Shown here: piece by piece, positions 16,993-27,391 of the stretch | Layout of the letters: every line of letters begins with the position of its first letter | Position numbering within the stretch: the first letter of the stretch is position 1 | Assembly (NCBI GenBank): GCA_945910425.1 | Contig: CAMDYM010000001.1 | Coordinates: 1,398-65,397, forward strand | DNA from: an uncultured Candidatus Melainabacteria bacterium | Lineage (GTDB): Bacteria; Cyanobacteriota; Vampirovibrionia; Gastranaerophilales; Gastranaerophilaceae | Reading direction: 5' to 3' | Length of the DNA stretch: 64,000 bases | Made by a program: the position numbers and the translations under genes | Notes under the pieces: generated by a model | Seen by the model: the letters and a program-made list of their open reading frames with translations, nothing else | Database searches by the model: none | Told to the model about the DNA's origin: nothing

Positions 16993-17673
16993 ATGAAAAT
17001 AAACTTATCTGCGACTGATAATCCTAATCAAATATATAAAACCTTCGCTAACGAAGTAAAAAAACAAATTTCACAACACAAAACAATAAAACCAATAAGT
17101 TATTCATGCTCGTTGCACGATATAGGTGCTATATTTGAACAACGAAATCAAATACAGCCACTAAACAGATTATACTCAAACTTAGCAGAGTTTCTCGTAA
17201 GTTGTGGTGAAAGCAGTCTTGCAGGGATAACCTACAGCTTTTTGATAAAACTGAACAAAAATAATGCACAACTTATAGAAAAATTTGCAACAAAAGCTCT
17301 TGCAATAGCTAAAAGACAGCATGACCCAGTTCATATAATGGCAAGAGCCAACGACTTAAATAAAATATACAGAATAACAGAACCCGGCAGTGATAAACAT
17401 ATCAAGATATTATATGAAATTAAGCGAGCCTTAGCAGGGATTTGTAAAAATTACGAATCAACACAAAAAAGATATATGTCTGTATCTACAAAAATGAAAC
17501 CACGAAAGCAATATGAAATAATGCTTGCGAACATCAAAACAGAAATTGGCGAATTACTAAGATTCAAAGACCCGAAACTTGCGGAAGAGGAATTACTATC
17601 GGCAAGGGAAATATTTACAAAACTTGGCTACACGGATAAAATAAAACAAATAAACAAATTATTAGGAATTTAA
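16993..17673 (+). CDS. Hypothetical all-helical protein (TPR-like?)
   Basis: 226-aa ORF with normal composition for the window and no overlapping better ORF. No motif recognised. Confidence 0.4.
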   Translation: MKINLSATDNPNQIYKTFANEVKKQISQHKTIKPISYSCSLHDIGAIFEQRNQIQPLNRLYSNLAEFLVSCGESSLAGITYSFLIKLNKNNAQLIEKFATKALAIAKRQHDPVHIMARANDLNKIYRITEPGSDKHIKILYEIKRALAGICKNYESTQKRYMSVSTKMKPRKQYEIMLANIKTEIGELLRFKDPKLAEEELLSAREIFTKLGYTDKIKQINKLLGI

Positions 17674-17739
17674 ATTTCTTGCAAATAATTTATCAGCGTT
17701 TTAAAATATAAGTGTAAAATTTACACTAAAGGATAAGAT

Positions 17740-19536
17740 ATGGCTAGTAACGAAAATATAAGAAATATTGCGATAATCGCACACGTTGACCACGGTAAGA
17801 CAACTCTTGTAGACTGTTTATTAAAACAAGCAGGCGCATTCAGAGAAAATCAACAAGTAGAAGAACGTGTTTTAGACAGTAACGATTTGGAAAGGGAAAG
17901 AGGAATTACAATTCTTTCCAAGAATATATCAATAAATTATAACGGAACAAAAATTAACGTTGTAGACACCCCGGGTCACGCAGATTTTGGTGGTGAAGTC
18001 GAACGTGTATTAGGTATGGTTGACGGAGCATTGCTTATTGTAGATGCCGCAGAAGGACCTATGCCGCAAACAAGATTTGTATTATCTAAAGCTTTAGAAT
18101 TAGGGTTAAAAATTATTGTTGTTATCAATAAAATTGATAAGCCTGCAGCAGAACCTTTAACAGCACTGGATAAAGTTTTTGATTTGTTTACGGAACTGAC
18201 AGACAGAGAAGATTTAATAGATTTTCCGTTCATTTTTGCAAGCAGTTTAAACGGTTTTGCAATTAATGATTTGGAAGATGAACGTAAGGATATGATTCCG
18301 CTTTTAGAAAGTATTATTAAAAACATCCAACCACCTGAAGGTGATGAAAGTGAACCGTTCCAATTCAGAGCAACTACACTTGATTATAACGAATATGTAG
18401 GAAGAATTGTTATTGGTAGAATTGCACACGGCAAAGTAAATTCTCAAGATCAAGTTTGTGTAATTCATGCCGACGGAAGCCAGGAAAGAGGAAAAATTGT
18501 AAAACTTTTCGGATTTAAAGACTTAGGCAGAGTAGAAATTGAGTCAGCGGTTGCAGGTGATATTGTAGGTATTGCAGGATTTTCAGATATTCAAATAGGA
18601 GAAACTATTTGTGATCCGTCTAATCCTGTCGCTTTACCATTAATTACAGTTGACGAACCTACTTTGCAAATGAATTTTGCTGTAAACGATAGCCCGTTTG
18701 CAGGTCAAGAGGGTAAATTTGTTACCTCTCGACAAATCAGAAAACGTCTATATAATGAACTTGAAAAAAATGTAAGTTTAAGAGTTGAAGATACAGACTC
18801 AACTGATTGCTTCAAAGTTTCAGGTCGTGGTGAATTACATTTAAGTATTTTAATTGAAACAATGCGTCGTGAAGGTTATGAATTTTCTGTTTCAAAACCT
18901 GAAGTAATTTATAAAACAATCAACGGAGAACATTGTGAGCCTTACGAAAATCTTATTATTGATGTTCCCGAAGAATACGCAGGCTCTGCAATCGAAAGAC
19001 TTTCAAGCAGAAAAGCAGAAATGAAAGATATGCAAACCGCTAAAGGCAGAACAACTTTAACTTTCCATATTCCTGCAAGAGGTTTAATCGGATTCAGAAG
19101 TGAATTTATAAGAATGACAAGAGGTGAAGGTATAATGTACCATACATTCCTTCATTACAGACCTTATGCAGGAGATATTCCAAAACAGAGAAGCGGAGCA
19201 ATTATCGCTCACGAACAGGGTGAAGCTATACCTTACGCACTTGCTCAATACGAAGACCGCGGAGTATTCTTTATCACTCCAAAAACAAAAGTTTACCGTG
19301 GAATGATTATCGGAGAAGGTAACAGACCACAGGATATCGTAGTTAATATTTGTAAAACAAAAAGATTAACAAATATGAGAAGTTCAACCGCTGATGTTAT
19401 GGTAACGCTTCAGGCACCAAGGATTCTATCATTGGAAGAAGCGCTTGAGTATCTTGGAGATGACGAATTAGTTGAAATCACACCTAAAAATATCAGATTA
19501 AGAAAATCAGATTTAACAAAAAAAATATATAACTAA
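17740..19536 (+). CDS. typA: Translational GTPase TypA/BipA
   Basis: [38 protein letters not shown], 598 aa, EF-G-like domain order and the typical TypA C-terminus. AAAGGA RBS. Confidence 0.93.
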   Translation: MASNENIRNIAIIAHVDHGKTTLVDCLLKQAGAFRENQQVEERVLDSNDLERERGITILSKNISINYNGTKINVVDTPGHADFGGEVERVLGMVDGALLIVDAAEGPMPQTRFVLSKALELGLKIIVVINKIDKPAAEPLTALDKVFDLFTELTDREDLIDFPFIFASSLNGFAINDLEDERKDMIPLLESIIKNIQPPEGDESEPFQFRATTLDYNEYVGRIVIGRIAHGKVNSQDQVCVIHADGSQERGKIVKLFGFKDLGRVEIESAVAGDIVGIAGFSDIQIGETICDPSNPVALPLITVDEPTLQMNFAVNDSPFAGQEGKFVTSRQIRKRLYNELEKNVSLRVEDTDSTDCFKVSGRGELHLSILIETMRREGYEFSVSKPEVIYKTINGEHCEPYENLIIDVPEEYAGSAIERLSSRKAEMKDMQTAKGRTTLTFHIPARGLIGFRSEFIRMTRGEGIMYHTFLHYRPYAGDIPKQRSGAIIAHEQGEAIPYALAQYEDRGVFFITPKTKVYRGMIIGEGNRPQDIVVNICKTKRLTNMRSSTADVMVTLQAPRILSLEEALEYLGDDELVEITPKNIRLRKSDLTKKIYN

Positions 19537-19546
19537 GATTATAAAA

Positions 19547-19573
19547 GGCGCGGATGAAAAATTCATCCGCGCC
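19547..19573. terminator. Bidirectional terminator between typA and dnaX
   Basis: GGCGCGGATGAA-AAA-TTCATCCGCGCC, a perfect 12-bp GC-rich stem between convergent genes. Confidence 0.75.
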
Positions 19574-19580
19574 ATATATT

Positions 19581-21422
19581 TTATTCAATAAATTTGCCTT
19601 CAAACAGTTCCATTACATTATTTACAGTATCAGAGTGAAACATTGCGTCCCCTGTTTTTGGTTTGGCTAAAGTCGTTTGATGTTTTATCTCAACAACTTC
19701 TTTTACTTCCTGCGCAGTCATTTCCGCTTCTTTTGCAGGCTGTTTTACAGGGGGGGCTTTTACAGGAGCAGGGGCAGGAGCCTCATCATCGGAATTTCCG
19801 CTTGAAGACTCTTTTCTAAGGGCATTATCACCCGGCTCAGGAGCTCTTACAATAACTTTATTGGCATTACCATACATTGATTTCACTGCATCAACAATAA
19901 AATTGTGTTTTGAACCGTCAGCCCCAAATTGTTTTAACCAACTTGGATTTTTGATTGATATAATAACCTCATCCGCGGTAATTTTAACAGGAAGTGCCTG
20001 TTGTTTTAATATTGCACGGGAAGGAAAACTTGATACATTTTCAAGCAACTTAACCCAAGATACTTTCAAGTTATTAACTTCGGCAGGTTTTGACATTGGA
20101 ACAGGTTCTAATGAAACTTCTTCGGCAGTTGGGGTTGAAATTTTTGCGTTATTATCTGCTTTTGTTACAGAAGCAGGTTTTATCTCAGGACGCATAACTT
20201 CAGGCTTTTTAACAGGCGCAGGAGGGGTGTTGTATGCTGAAACATTAACCATTTTAACAGCTTCACCTGATTCAAGCGCTGATAATCTTTTTTGTAAATC
20301 TTCAAGCTTAGTATTCTCAACCAAATTTGACATATCTAATATTGCAACATCCAGCCACAGTTTTGGATTTGTTGTGAGTTTTAATTCTTTTATATAATTT
20401 GCACACTTATCAATTAACGACACAATTTGATGAGTTTCAACAGGATTTAACTTTTCAGCAAGTATTTTTGATTGTTCATCATTAAGTTGAACCACAGTAT
20501 TAGAAACATCAGAGCCGATAGTTTTTATAATAAGCGAATTTCTAAGATATTCAAGCAAATTTGACAAAATCTGAATCGGTTCATTACCCTGGTTATAGAT
20601 ATCGTTTAAAACGCTTAAGGCTTCATTTTGGTTAGAAGAAACAATTGATGAAAATAATGAAGTCAGAGAGTCAAAAGAAAGTCTTCCGAGCAAATTATTT
20701 ATATCATCAACAGAAATTGCTTCCCTGGTTGAATTAAGTACACTTAATTGATCCAATAATGCAATACTGTCACGCATTCCGCCTGCTGAGTTTTGGGCAA
20801 TTAACTTAAGCGCATCATCTGTTATATTTATACCTTCGCAATCTGAAATATATCGAAGATGTTTTGATATATCATCAGTTGTAATACGTTTAAAATCGAA
20901 CCTTTGACAGCGGCTTTTTATCGTATCAAGAACCTTATGAACTTCTGTTGTTGCAAGTATAAAAATAACATTTTTCGGAGGTTCTTCAAGAGTTTTCAAT
21001 AAAGCATTAAACGCCTGATTAGTAAGCATGTGAACTTCGTCTATAATATAAATTTTATAACGGCTTCTGACAGGAGCTAAAGCAACTTTTTGAATAATTT
21101 CATCCGCATCGTTAACCGAACGGTTACTTGCCGCGTCTATTTCTATTACGTCAATCGGTATCGAATTAGTAATATTTCGACAGTTTTCACATTCATTACA
21201 AGGAGAAAGAGTCATTCCTTTTTCGCAATTTAATGATTTTGCAAAAATTCTTGCAGTTGAAGTTTTACCTGTACCACGAGGACCCGTAAAAAGATAAGCA
21301 TGAGAAATCCTATCCATTTCTATAGCATTTGCAAGCGCTTTTTTAATATGTTCCTGACCCACAATTTGTTCAATCGCCTGTGGTCTGTATTTGCGATATA
21401 AAGGTATATAATTCTTTTCCAT
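19581..21422 (-). CDS. dnaX: DNA polymerase III subunit gamma/tau
   Basis: YRKYRPQ, GPRGTGKTS Walker A, a zinc module CNECENC, DEVHMLT, and a Pro/Ala/Lys-rich linker. Start taken at ATG 21422 (MEKNYIPLYRKYRP). Confidence 0.92.
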   Translation of the reverse strand: MEKNYIPLYRKYRPQAIEQIVGQEHIKKALANAIEMDRISHAYLFTGPRGTGKTSTARIFAKSLNCEKGMTLSPCNECENCRNITNSIPIDVIEIDAASNRSVNDADEIIQKVALAPVRSRYKIYIIDEVHMLTNQAFNALLKTLEEPPKNVIFILATTEVHKVLDTIKSRCQRFDFKRITTDDISKHLRYISDCEGINITDDALKLIAQNSAGGMRDSIALLDQLSVLNSTREAISVDDINNLLGRLSFDSLTSLFSSIVSSNQNEALSVLNDIYNQGNEPIQILSNLLEYLRNSLIIKTIGSDVSNTVVQLNDEQSKILAEKLNPVETHQIVSLIDKCANYIKELKLTTNPKLWLDVAILDMSNLVENTKLEDLQKRLSALESGEAVKMVNVSAYNTPPAPVKKPEVMRPEIKPASVTKADNNAKISTPTAEEVSLEPVPMSKPAEVNNLKVSWVKLLENVSSFPSRAILKQQALPVKITADEVIISIKNPSWLKQFGADGSKHNFIVDAVKSMYGNANKVIVRAPEPGDNALRKESSSGNSDDEAPAPAPVKAPPVKQPAKEAEMTAQEVKEVVEIKHQTTLAKPKTGDAMFHSDTVNNVMELFEGKFIE

Positions 21423-21464
21423 GATATAGTAATTATAACAAAGAATAAACAAAAAGGGTAATTT

Positions 21465-22343
21465 ATGAACTTAATTAAACCTAAAAAATTAAAAAAAGGC
21501 GATACCATTGCAATTATTGCACCGTCAGGGGAAGTCGATATGAAAAAGATAAAAAAAGCTGTATCATTTTTTGAAAAATACGGTTTTAAGATTCGATTAG
21601 GTAAAAATATTGACAAATGTCAAAATTACCTTGCAGGAAGTGACGAGGAACGGTTAGAAGACTTACATAATGCCTTTGCAGATAAGGAAATTAAAGCAAT
21701 AATTTGTGCCCGAGGAGGATATGGCGCAATCAGACTTATCAATAAGATTGATTACGAACTTATAAAAAATAACCCTAAAATCTTTTGCGGATACTCTGAT
21801 ATAACAGCATTATCAGCTATGATTTTAAAGAAAACAGGATTAATTACATTTTCAGGTCCGATGGCTCAAGGAGATTTCGGGAAAGAAAATTTAGATGATT
21901 TTACAATAAATTCGTTTTTTAAAACACTGACTGAGGGTAAATGTACTCTGAGCGCCAATAATAACGCCACAGTAAATGCTTCGGGGATACTTTTTGGCGG
22001 GAACCTTGCAACACTTGTTTCTCTTTGCGGACAAGATTTTATCCCGGATGAAAAATTCATATTTTTCGTTGAAGATATCGGAGAACCTGTTTACAAAATA
22101 GACAGATATTTTACCCAGCTTTTAAATATTGAACAGTTCCGAAACAATATAGCAGGAGTTGCGCTTGGAGAATTTTTAAATATTGATAATCAAGACTTTT
22201 TAAACGATTTTTTTAATAGTTTAGGACTTCCGCTTGCGGGAACATTTCCTATTTCGCATGGAAAAACAAAAGCAACAGTACCATACGGAGCTGTTGCAAG
22301 AATAGAAAATGAGACAATAAAAATCGAAGACTTTACGGTCTGA
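21465..22343 (+). CDS. LD-carboxypeptidase (peptidase S66, LdcA-like)
   Basis: LKKGDTIAIIAPSG, ARGGYGA, CGYSDITAL (nucleophile Ser), and a C-terminal H in PISHG. 292 aa. Confidence 0.8.
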   Translation: MNLIKPKKLKKGDTIAIIAPSGEVDMKKIKKAVSFFEKYGFKIRLGKNIDKCQNYLAGSDEERLEDLHNAFADKEIKAIICARGGYGAIRLINKIDYELIKNNPKIFCGYSDITALSAMILKKTGLITFSGPMAQGDFGKENLDDFTINSFFKTLTEGKCTLSANNNATVNASGILFGGNLATLVSLCGQDFIPDEKFIFFVEDIGEPVYKIDRYFTQLLNIEQFRNNIAGVALGEFLNIDNQDFLNDFFNSLGLPLAGTFPISHGKTKATVPYGAVARIENETIKIEDFTV

Positions 22344-23190
22344 TAATCAAAACGTCAGAATTGGCACTTTCTAAAATCCTTTTACTTACAGAGCTTAGTA
22401 AAAACCTTGATAAATATTTACGGTTTCGTATTCCGCAGACAACAAGGTCAATAGCGCGCTTTGTTATATAATTATTGATTTCTTCGGCAGGCGTTCCCGA
22501 TAAAACACTTTTACCCGAGATTTCAAGCTCTTTTTCTTTAAACATATTCTCATACTTATTTAAAAGAATCATAGAGGCTGTTTCTTGTTTTTTCTGGATT
22601 TCCAAAATCCAATTTGTGTCAATATTACCTTCTAAAAACAAATACTCAGGCAAATCATAAACCGTTGCAAGATAAATCTCTTTATCCGTAAAATCAAACG
22701 ACTCTAAAGCCTTAGCAACAACCGCAGGACTAATATCTGAAGAATCAACTGCGAATAATACTTTCTTACGATTATTAGACATCTTAGATATATAAGTAGA
22801 ATTATTAACAATAGAAGCGATTTCTTGAGATACAGATCCTAACCACTTTTGAATACCTTTCTTACCGTGTGAACCCAGTACTATAAAATCGTATTGATTC
22901 TTTTCGCTTGTTTCAACTATACAATCAACAGTAGAACCGCACATTTTTATTTTTTGTCCGATTTTAATATTATTTTCTTTTAAATATTTTTCAGAATAAT
23001 CTAAAATAGAATTCGCAGAATTTGCGCACTGCATCGCAAATTCACTATCCTCAATCGACACAGTGTCCGGCAAAAAACTCCAATCAATTGCACACAATAC
23101 ATCTGCCGTAAAATCAGGCATCCAGTATGAAAAATTCTTGATAGATGAATAACTCGTTTTAGACCCGTCAGTGCAAAATAATACTCTCAT
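22333..23190 (-). CDS. Tandem universal stress protein (two Usp domains)
   Basis: MRVLFCTDGS ... FIVLGSHGKKG ... KKVLFAVDSS ... DLVVCGIRNR ... SDVLIIRP. GAGGAGAG RBS. The 3' end overlaps the ldcA-like 3' end by 11 nt (convergent). Confidence 0.65.
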   Translation of the reverse strand: MRVLFCTDGSKTSYSSIKNFSYWMPDFTADVLCAIDWSFLPDTVSIEDSEFAMQCANSANSILDYSEKYLKENNIKIGQKIKMCGSTVDCIVETSEKNQYDFIVLGSHGKKGIQKWLGSVSQEIASIVNNSTYISKMSNNRKKVLFAVDSSDISPAVVAKALESFDFTDKEIYLATVYDLPEYLFLEGNIDTNWILEIQKKQETASMILLNKYENMFKEKELEISGKSVLSGTPAEEINNYITKRAIDLVVCGIRNRKYLSRFLLSSVSKRILESANSDVLIIRP

Positions 23191-23321
23191 ATACTCTCCT
23201 CTTTTTTGAATAAAATAACTTATGTTAAGGAAAATTACATTAGCTGGTCATATATGATTTTTTTTGATATTATAAAGGAGTAAAATATGTATACATTTTA
23301 TTATTAGGATTAGTTATAGTA

Positions 23322-23936
23322 ATGTCGGCTGAAGAAAATATTAAACTAAAAAAGTACAAAGATTTAATAGAAATCATAGCAAAAGTTGAGTACCAAAAAT
23401 TTTCAAATTCACACCTTGTTGAATTGCCTGAGCTTGTTAACATAGGAACTCATGCTTTATATATACTTTTTAAAAATCATAATCCCGAAGACTATAACAG
23501 CACATATCTTTCAACAGCAATAAAATGGGCAATAAGAAACGAAGTAAGAAGAAGATACAAATGGTATACCCTTAAAAATCGTTCAACTGTTGAAGAAGAT
23601 GACGAAAGTGCTAACATAGAACTAAGAGCTGAAGTTTATAAAAACATACTTTCAATTGATGAACTTCAAGAAGGTGAAGTTCCTGTTCAGTTTAAAGCCA
23701 AAGATAAAACTCCGGAAGAAAATATTGAGTTTTCAGAACTTAAAAACGGTATTTTAGAATCTATGAAAAAACTTCCGCCAAGAGAAAGAGAACTTATTGA
23801 ATATAAATTCTTTAAGGATAAAAAATTAAGAGAGATTGCAGAAGAATTTAACATATCGCAATCGAGAATCTCACGAATTATACAAACAGGATTAGACAGA
23901 ATAAAAAAAGACTTGGCAAAACAGGGGATAATTTAA
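23322..23936 (+). CDS. RNA polymerase sigma-70 family factor (group 3, FliA/SigF-like size)
   Basis: Region 2-like LSTAIKWAIRNEVRR and region 4 LPPRERELIEYKFFKDKKLREIAEEFNISQSRISRIIQTGLDRIKK. 204 aa. Confidence 0.7.
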   Translation: MSAEENIKLKKYKDLIEIIAKVEYQKFSNSHLVELPELVNIGTHALYILFKNHNPEDYNSTYLSTAIKWAIRNEVRRRYKWYTLKNRSTVEEDDESANIELRAEVYKNILSIDELQEGEVPVQFKAKDKTPEENIEFSELKNGILESMKKLPPRERELIEYKFFKDKKLREIAEEFNISQSRISRIIQTGLDRIKKDLAKQGII

Positions 23937-23939
23937 AAG

Positions 23940-25364
23940 ATGAAAACAATTTTTGAAAAAAGCAACGGTATAGACGGAATAAATCTTACAGACGAAAACA
24001 CAGATTTTGCAAATTATATACCGAAAAATTATTTACGTACGGAAACTCCTAATCTTCCGCAATTAAGCGAGCTTGATGTTATGCGTCATTATAAAGAATT
24101 ATCCGACCTTAACTTCTGTATTGAAAAAGGATTTTATCCGCTTGGCTCCTGCACAATGAAGTATAATCCGAAAGTAAACGAATTTCTCGCCTCTTTAGAA
24201 GGTTTTAATATCCACCCGTCATCTGATGATGATTTAGCTCAAGGATCGCTAAAATTGATGTACAACCTTCAAAAAGCATTGCTGGAAGTAACAGGAATGG
24301 ATGCAATAACTTTGCAGCCGTCAGCAGGTGCGCACGGCGAAATGACAGGCATGATGATTATCAAAAAATACTTTGATTCAATCGGGGAAAAACGAACAAA
24401 AGTTATCATACCTGATTCTGCGCACGGAACAAACCCTGCAAGTGCTAAAATGGCAGGCTTTGATATTATTGAAATTAAATCAAACGATAAAGGTCAAGTC
24501 GATATCGAAGCTTTAAAAGCAGTGCTTAATGAAGAGATTGCAGCTATTATGATGACTAATCCTAACACTTTGGGTATATTTGAAGAAGGGGTTAAAGAAA
24601 TTTCTGATTTAATGCACGCAAACGGCTCATTGTTATACTATGACGGTGCAAACTTTAACGCGATTATGGGCTGGACAAATCCAAAACTTATGGGATTTGA
24701 CGTAGTTCACCTTAACCTTCACAAAACATTTTCTACTCCTCACGGCGGAGGAGGTCCGGGAGCAGGTCCTGTTGCAGTTGTCGAAAAACTAAAAGATTAT
24801 CTTCCGACACCTGTTATTGAATTTAAAAACGGAAAATATTTTAGAAATTATGATTTAAAACACTCAATCGGAAGTGTGAAAGATTTTTACGGAAACTTCT
24901 CAGTCTTAGTAAAAGCATACGCATATATTCTTATGCTTGGCAAAAACCTTAAAAATGCCTCTGAAAATGCTGTATTAAATGCTAATTACCTGAAAGAAAA
25001 ATTAAAAAGTTACTACGAATTACCATATGATGAACCTTGTATGCATGAATTTGTATTAACAGGAGAAAACCAAAAACACGAAAACGGTGTTTCAACGCTT
25101 AATATTGCAAAAGCTTTAATGGACGGGAACACACACCCGCCAACGGTTTATTTCCCATTAATCGTACATGAAGCTATAATGATAGAACCAACAGAATCTG
25201 AAACCAAAGAAAAATTAGATGAATTTGTTGATACAATGGTTAAAATCGCACAGGAAGCACAAAATAATCCTGAAAAGATTTTAACAGCGCCTCACACAAC
25301 TCCTGTTAAAAAGATTGATGAAGTAACAGCAGCAAGACACCCGGATTTAAAATACATTAGTTAG
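23940..25364 (+). CDS. gcvPB: Glycine dehydrogenase (aminomethyl-transferring) subunit 2
   Basis: 474 aa, with LGSCTMKYNP, QPSAGAHGE, the PLP-lysine context HLNLHKTFSTPHGGGGPG, and THPPTVYFPLIV. Confidence 0.85.
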   Translation: MKTIFEKSNGIDGINLTDENTDFANYIPKNYLRTETPNLPQLSELDVMRHYKELSDLNFCIEKGFYPLGSCTMKYNPKVNEFLASLEGFNIHPSSDDDLAQGSLKLMYNLQKALLEVTGMDAITLQPSAGAHGEMTGMMIIKKYFDSIGEKRTKVIIPDSAHGTNPASAKMAGFDIIEIKSNDKGQVDIEALKAVLNEEIAAIMMTNPNTLGIFEEGVKEISDLMHANGSLLYYDGANFNAIMGWTNPKLMGFDVVHLNLHKTFSTPHGGGGPGAGPVAVVEKLKDYLPTPVIEFKNGKYFRNYDLKHSIGSVKDFYGNFSVLVKAYAYILMLGKNLKNASENAVLNANYLKEKLKSYYELPYDEPCMHEFVLTGENQKHENGVSTLNIAKALMDGNTHPPTVYFPLIVHEAIMIEPTESETKEKLDEFVDTMVKIAQEAQNNPEKILTAPHTTPVKKIDEVTAARHPDLKYIS

Positions 25365-25375
25365 GAAATATAAAT

Positions 25376-26545
25376 ATGACAAATAAAAAAGAACAAAAGA
25401 AAAGAAAAGTATCCTTCCCGCACATGGGAACAATAAGTTACGCATGGTCAGCAGCCTTAAGGATTATCGGCTGTGAGCCATACGTAGAACCTTATACAAG
25501 TAAAAAAGCACTTTCTTTAGGTACTAAACACGCCCCTGAAGCAATTTGTCTGCCTTATAAGCTTATTTTAGGGAACTTTATTGAAGCAATCGAAGGCGGA
25601 ACGGATTACGTTGCAATGATATCTTCTCCGGGCTGTTGCCGTTTGGGTGAATACGGCAAATGTATTGCAAACGCTCTGGCAGATCTGGGATACGAAGCAA
25701 AATATATCGAAATGCAATTATATGACGGAATCCAAGGTATGTATAACTTCTTAAAAGAAGTCAGCGGTAAAAATAACCCTGTATTATTTTCCCGTGCCAT
25801 TATAATTGCTATATTAAAAGTTTTCATATTAGACAGCCTTGAAACAAAGTTATCATACTACAGAGCAAGAGAAATAAAAGCAGGAGATGCCGAAAAACAT
25901 TATCATAAAGCACTAAAAATTATTGATGAAAATGATACTTTATTAGGATTAAGAAAAGCCCAAAAACTTGTTGATGAAGAGATGAAAAAAGTCGAAATCA
26001 ATAAAGACAGAGAAGTTCTTAATGTTGATATTACAGGTGAAATTTACGTTGTAAATGATGAATTTTCTAACCAAAATATTGAAAAAGAACTTGGCAGAAT
26101 GGGAGTTCAAGTAAGAAGAAGTCTTACTGTAAGCAGCTTTTTAAAAGATGCAATTATCCCTAAAATATTCAGGAAAGGTGAAACTCACCTTCAACGTGCA
26201 GATAGACTTGCTAAACCTTACTTGATGAGAGATATCGGCGGTGATGCTTTAGAATGTGTATCTGATGTTGCCTATGCTAACGAACGAGGAATTGACGGTA
26301 TAATCCATATTTCACCGTTTACCTGTATGCCTGAAATTATGTCGCAAAACATTTTCCCTGCAATGAGAGAAAATTGTGAGATACCTATACTACCGCTTAT
26401 TATGGATGAACAAACCGGCAGAGCAGGTTATATTACAAGAATAGAAGCTTTTGTTGACTTGATGAGAAGACGTAAAAGAAGACGTAAACTTCAAGAAAAA
26501 ACAACTAAAGCTGAAGAAAATAAGGAAACTGAATCAGTAAAATAA
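25376..26545 (+). CDS. Acyl-CoA dehydratase activase-related protein (DUF2229-type domain only)
   Basis: FPHMGTISYAWSAALRIIGCEPYVEPYTSKKALSLGTKHAPEAICLPYKL and IIHISPFTCMPE resemble the non-ATPase domain found fused to BcrAD/BadFG activases. No ATPase domain is present. Basic/acidic C-terminal tail. Confidence 0.5.
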   Translation: MTNKKEQKKRKVSFPHMGTISYAWSAALRIIGCEPYVEPYTSKKALSLGTKHAPEAICLPYKLILGNFIEAIEGGTDYVAMISSPGCCRLGEYGKCIANALADLGYEAKYIEMQLYDGIQGMYNFLKEVSGKNNPVLFSRAIIIAILKVFILDSLETKLSYYRAREIKAGDAEKHYHKALKIIDENDTLLGLRKAQKLVDEEMKKVEINKDREVLNVDITGEIYVVNDEFSNQNIEKELGRMGVQVRRSLTVSSFLKDAIIPKIFRKGETHLQRADRLAKPYLMRDIGGDALECVSDVAYANERGIDGIIHISPFTCMPEIMSQNIFPAMRENCEIPILPLIMDEQTGRAGYITRIEAFVDLMRRRKRRRKLQEKTTKAEENKETESVK

Positions 26546-26563
26546 TTAACAAGGATTTTTCTT

Positions 26564-27391
26564 ATGTTTAAATTATTTAAAAACAGCTTCAATACTACTA
26601 ATGATTGTATAATTCTTGCAACCCCTCTTATTATATTCATGTCAATATTAGGGTGGTTTTGTAAATTCACAATGAATGGTGCGGACACCGTACCAAAAAT
26701 CATATTAGGCGGAATAACACTGCTTATTATGGCTAGCGGATTTTTATCGGCTTGGTTATACATGTGCAAAAAAACAATTCAATTATCAAAAAAAATAGTT
26801 ATTTTTGACTCTGACAGAGCTAAATCTTTCGGAACACTTATTCTTTCCCTGTCAAAAGGTATTGGAAGACTATTTTTACCACTGATTGGAGTTATCGGAA
26901 TTTATATTATTCTGTTTGGAATATTATTTTTTATAACAGGTTTTATCATTAGCAATATTTATCCGTCTTTTGATCCTGAAATTTTAGGTTTACACATAGA
27001 TCAACTTGTTACAAGTAATGAAATATTAAAAGGAGTAAACAAACTTACAGTTGATGAATTTCCACCGTTTTTGTACTGGTACATAATTACAATAATAGGA
27101 AGCTTTATTCTGAATTTCATTACAATGCTTTGGATTCCTGAAATTGTATATAATGAAAAAAATGCATTTAAAGCTCTTTTTTACTCAATAAAAAAGAATT
27201 TCCAAAACTTACCGCAGACATTGATTTTATACCTTTACATTACATTTTTAATAACATTTGTTACCGTATCAAGTGCAGTGTTAATGTTTAATCCGTTTTT
27301 ATACTTTATTGTATTGATTCTTTACTACTATTTCTTGGTTTACATTGTTGTGCTATTATTTAGCTATTATGAACAAACTTTCACAAAATAA
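26564..27391 (+). CDS. Polytopic membrane protein, function unknown
   Basis: 275 aa with about 6 hydrophobic helices and no recognised motif. Confidence 0.45.
   Translation: MFKLFKNSFNTTNDCIILATPLIIFMSILGWFCKFTMNGADTVPKIILGGITLLIMASGFLSAWLYMCKKTIQLSKKIVIFDSDRAKSFGTLILSLSKGIGRLFLPLIGVIGIYIILFGILFFITGFIISNIYPSFDPEILGLHIDQLVTSNEILKGVNKLTVDEFPPFLYWYIITIIGSFILNFITMLWIPEIVYNEKNAFKALFYSIKKNFQNLPQTLILYLYITFLITFVTVSSAVLMFNPFLYFIVLILYYYFLVYIVVLLFSYYEQTFTK

Noticed and set aside
19750-19756. G7 (C7 on the coding strand) homopolymer inside dnaX as a possible frameshift or gamma-tau recoding site
   Set aside because: The reading frame is continuous across it (..KAPPVKQP..), and no alternative frame with a nearby stop typical of gamma production was evident. 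It is probably just Pro codons in the linker.
19861-20397. 178-aa plus-strand ORF opposite the C-terminal half of dnaX
   Set aside because: It is long, but it lies antisense to a continuous dnaX reading frame running from a canonical clamp-loader N-terminus through a tau-like linker and C-terminal domain. Its translation is Ser/Phe/Thr-rich with no motif and has no RBS.
21320-21616. 98-aa minus-strand ORF spanning the dnaX/ldcA-like divergent region
   Set aside because: It overlaps the 5' ends of two well-supported genes. Its translation has no features and there is no RBS.
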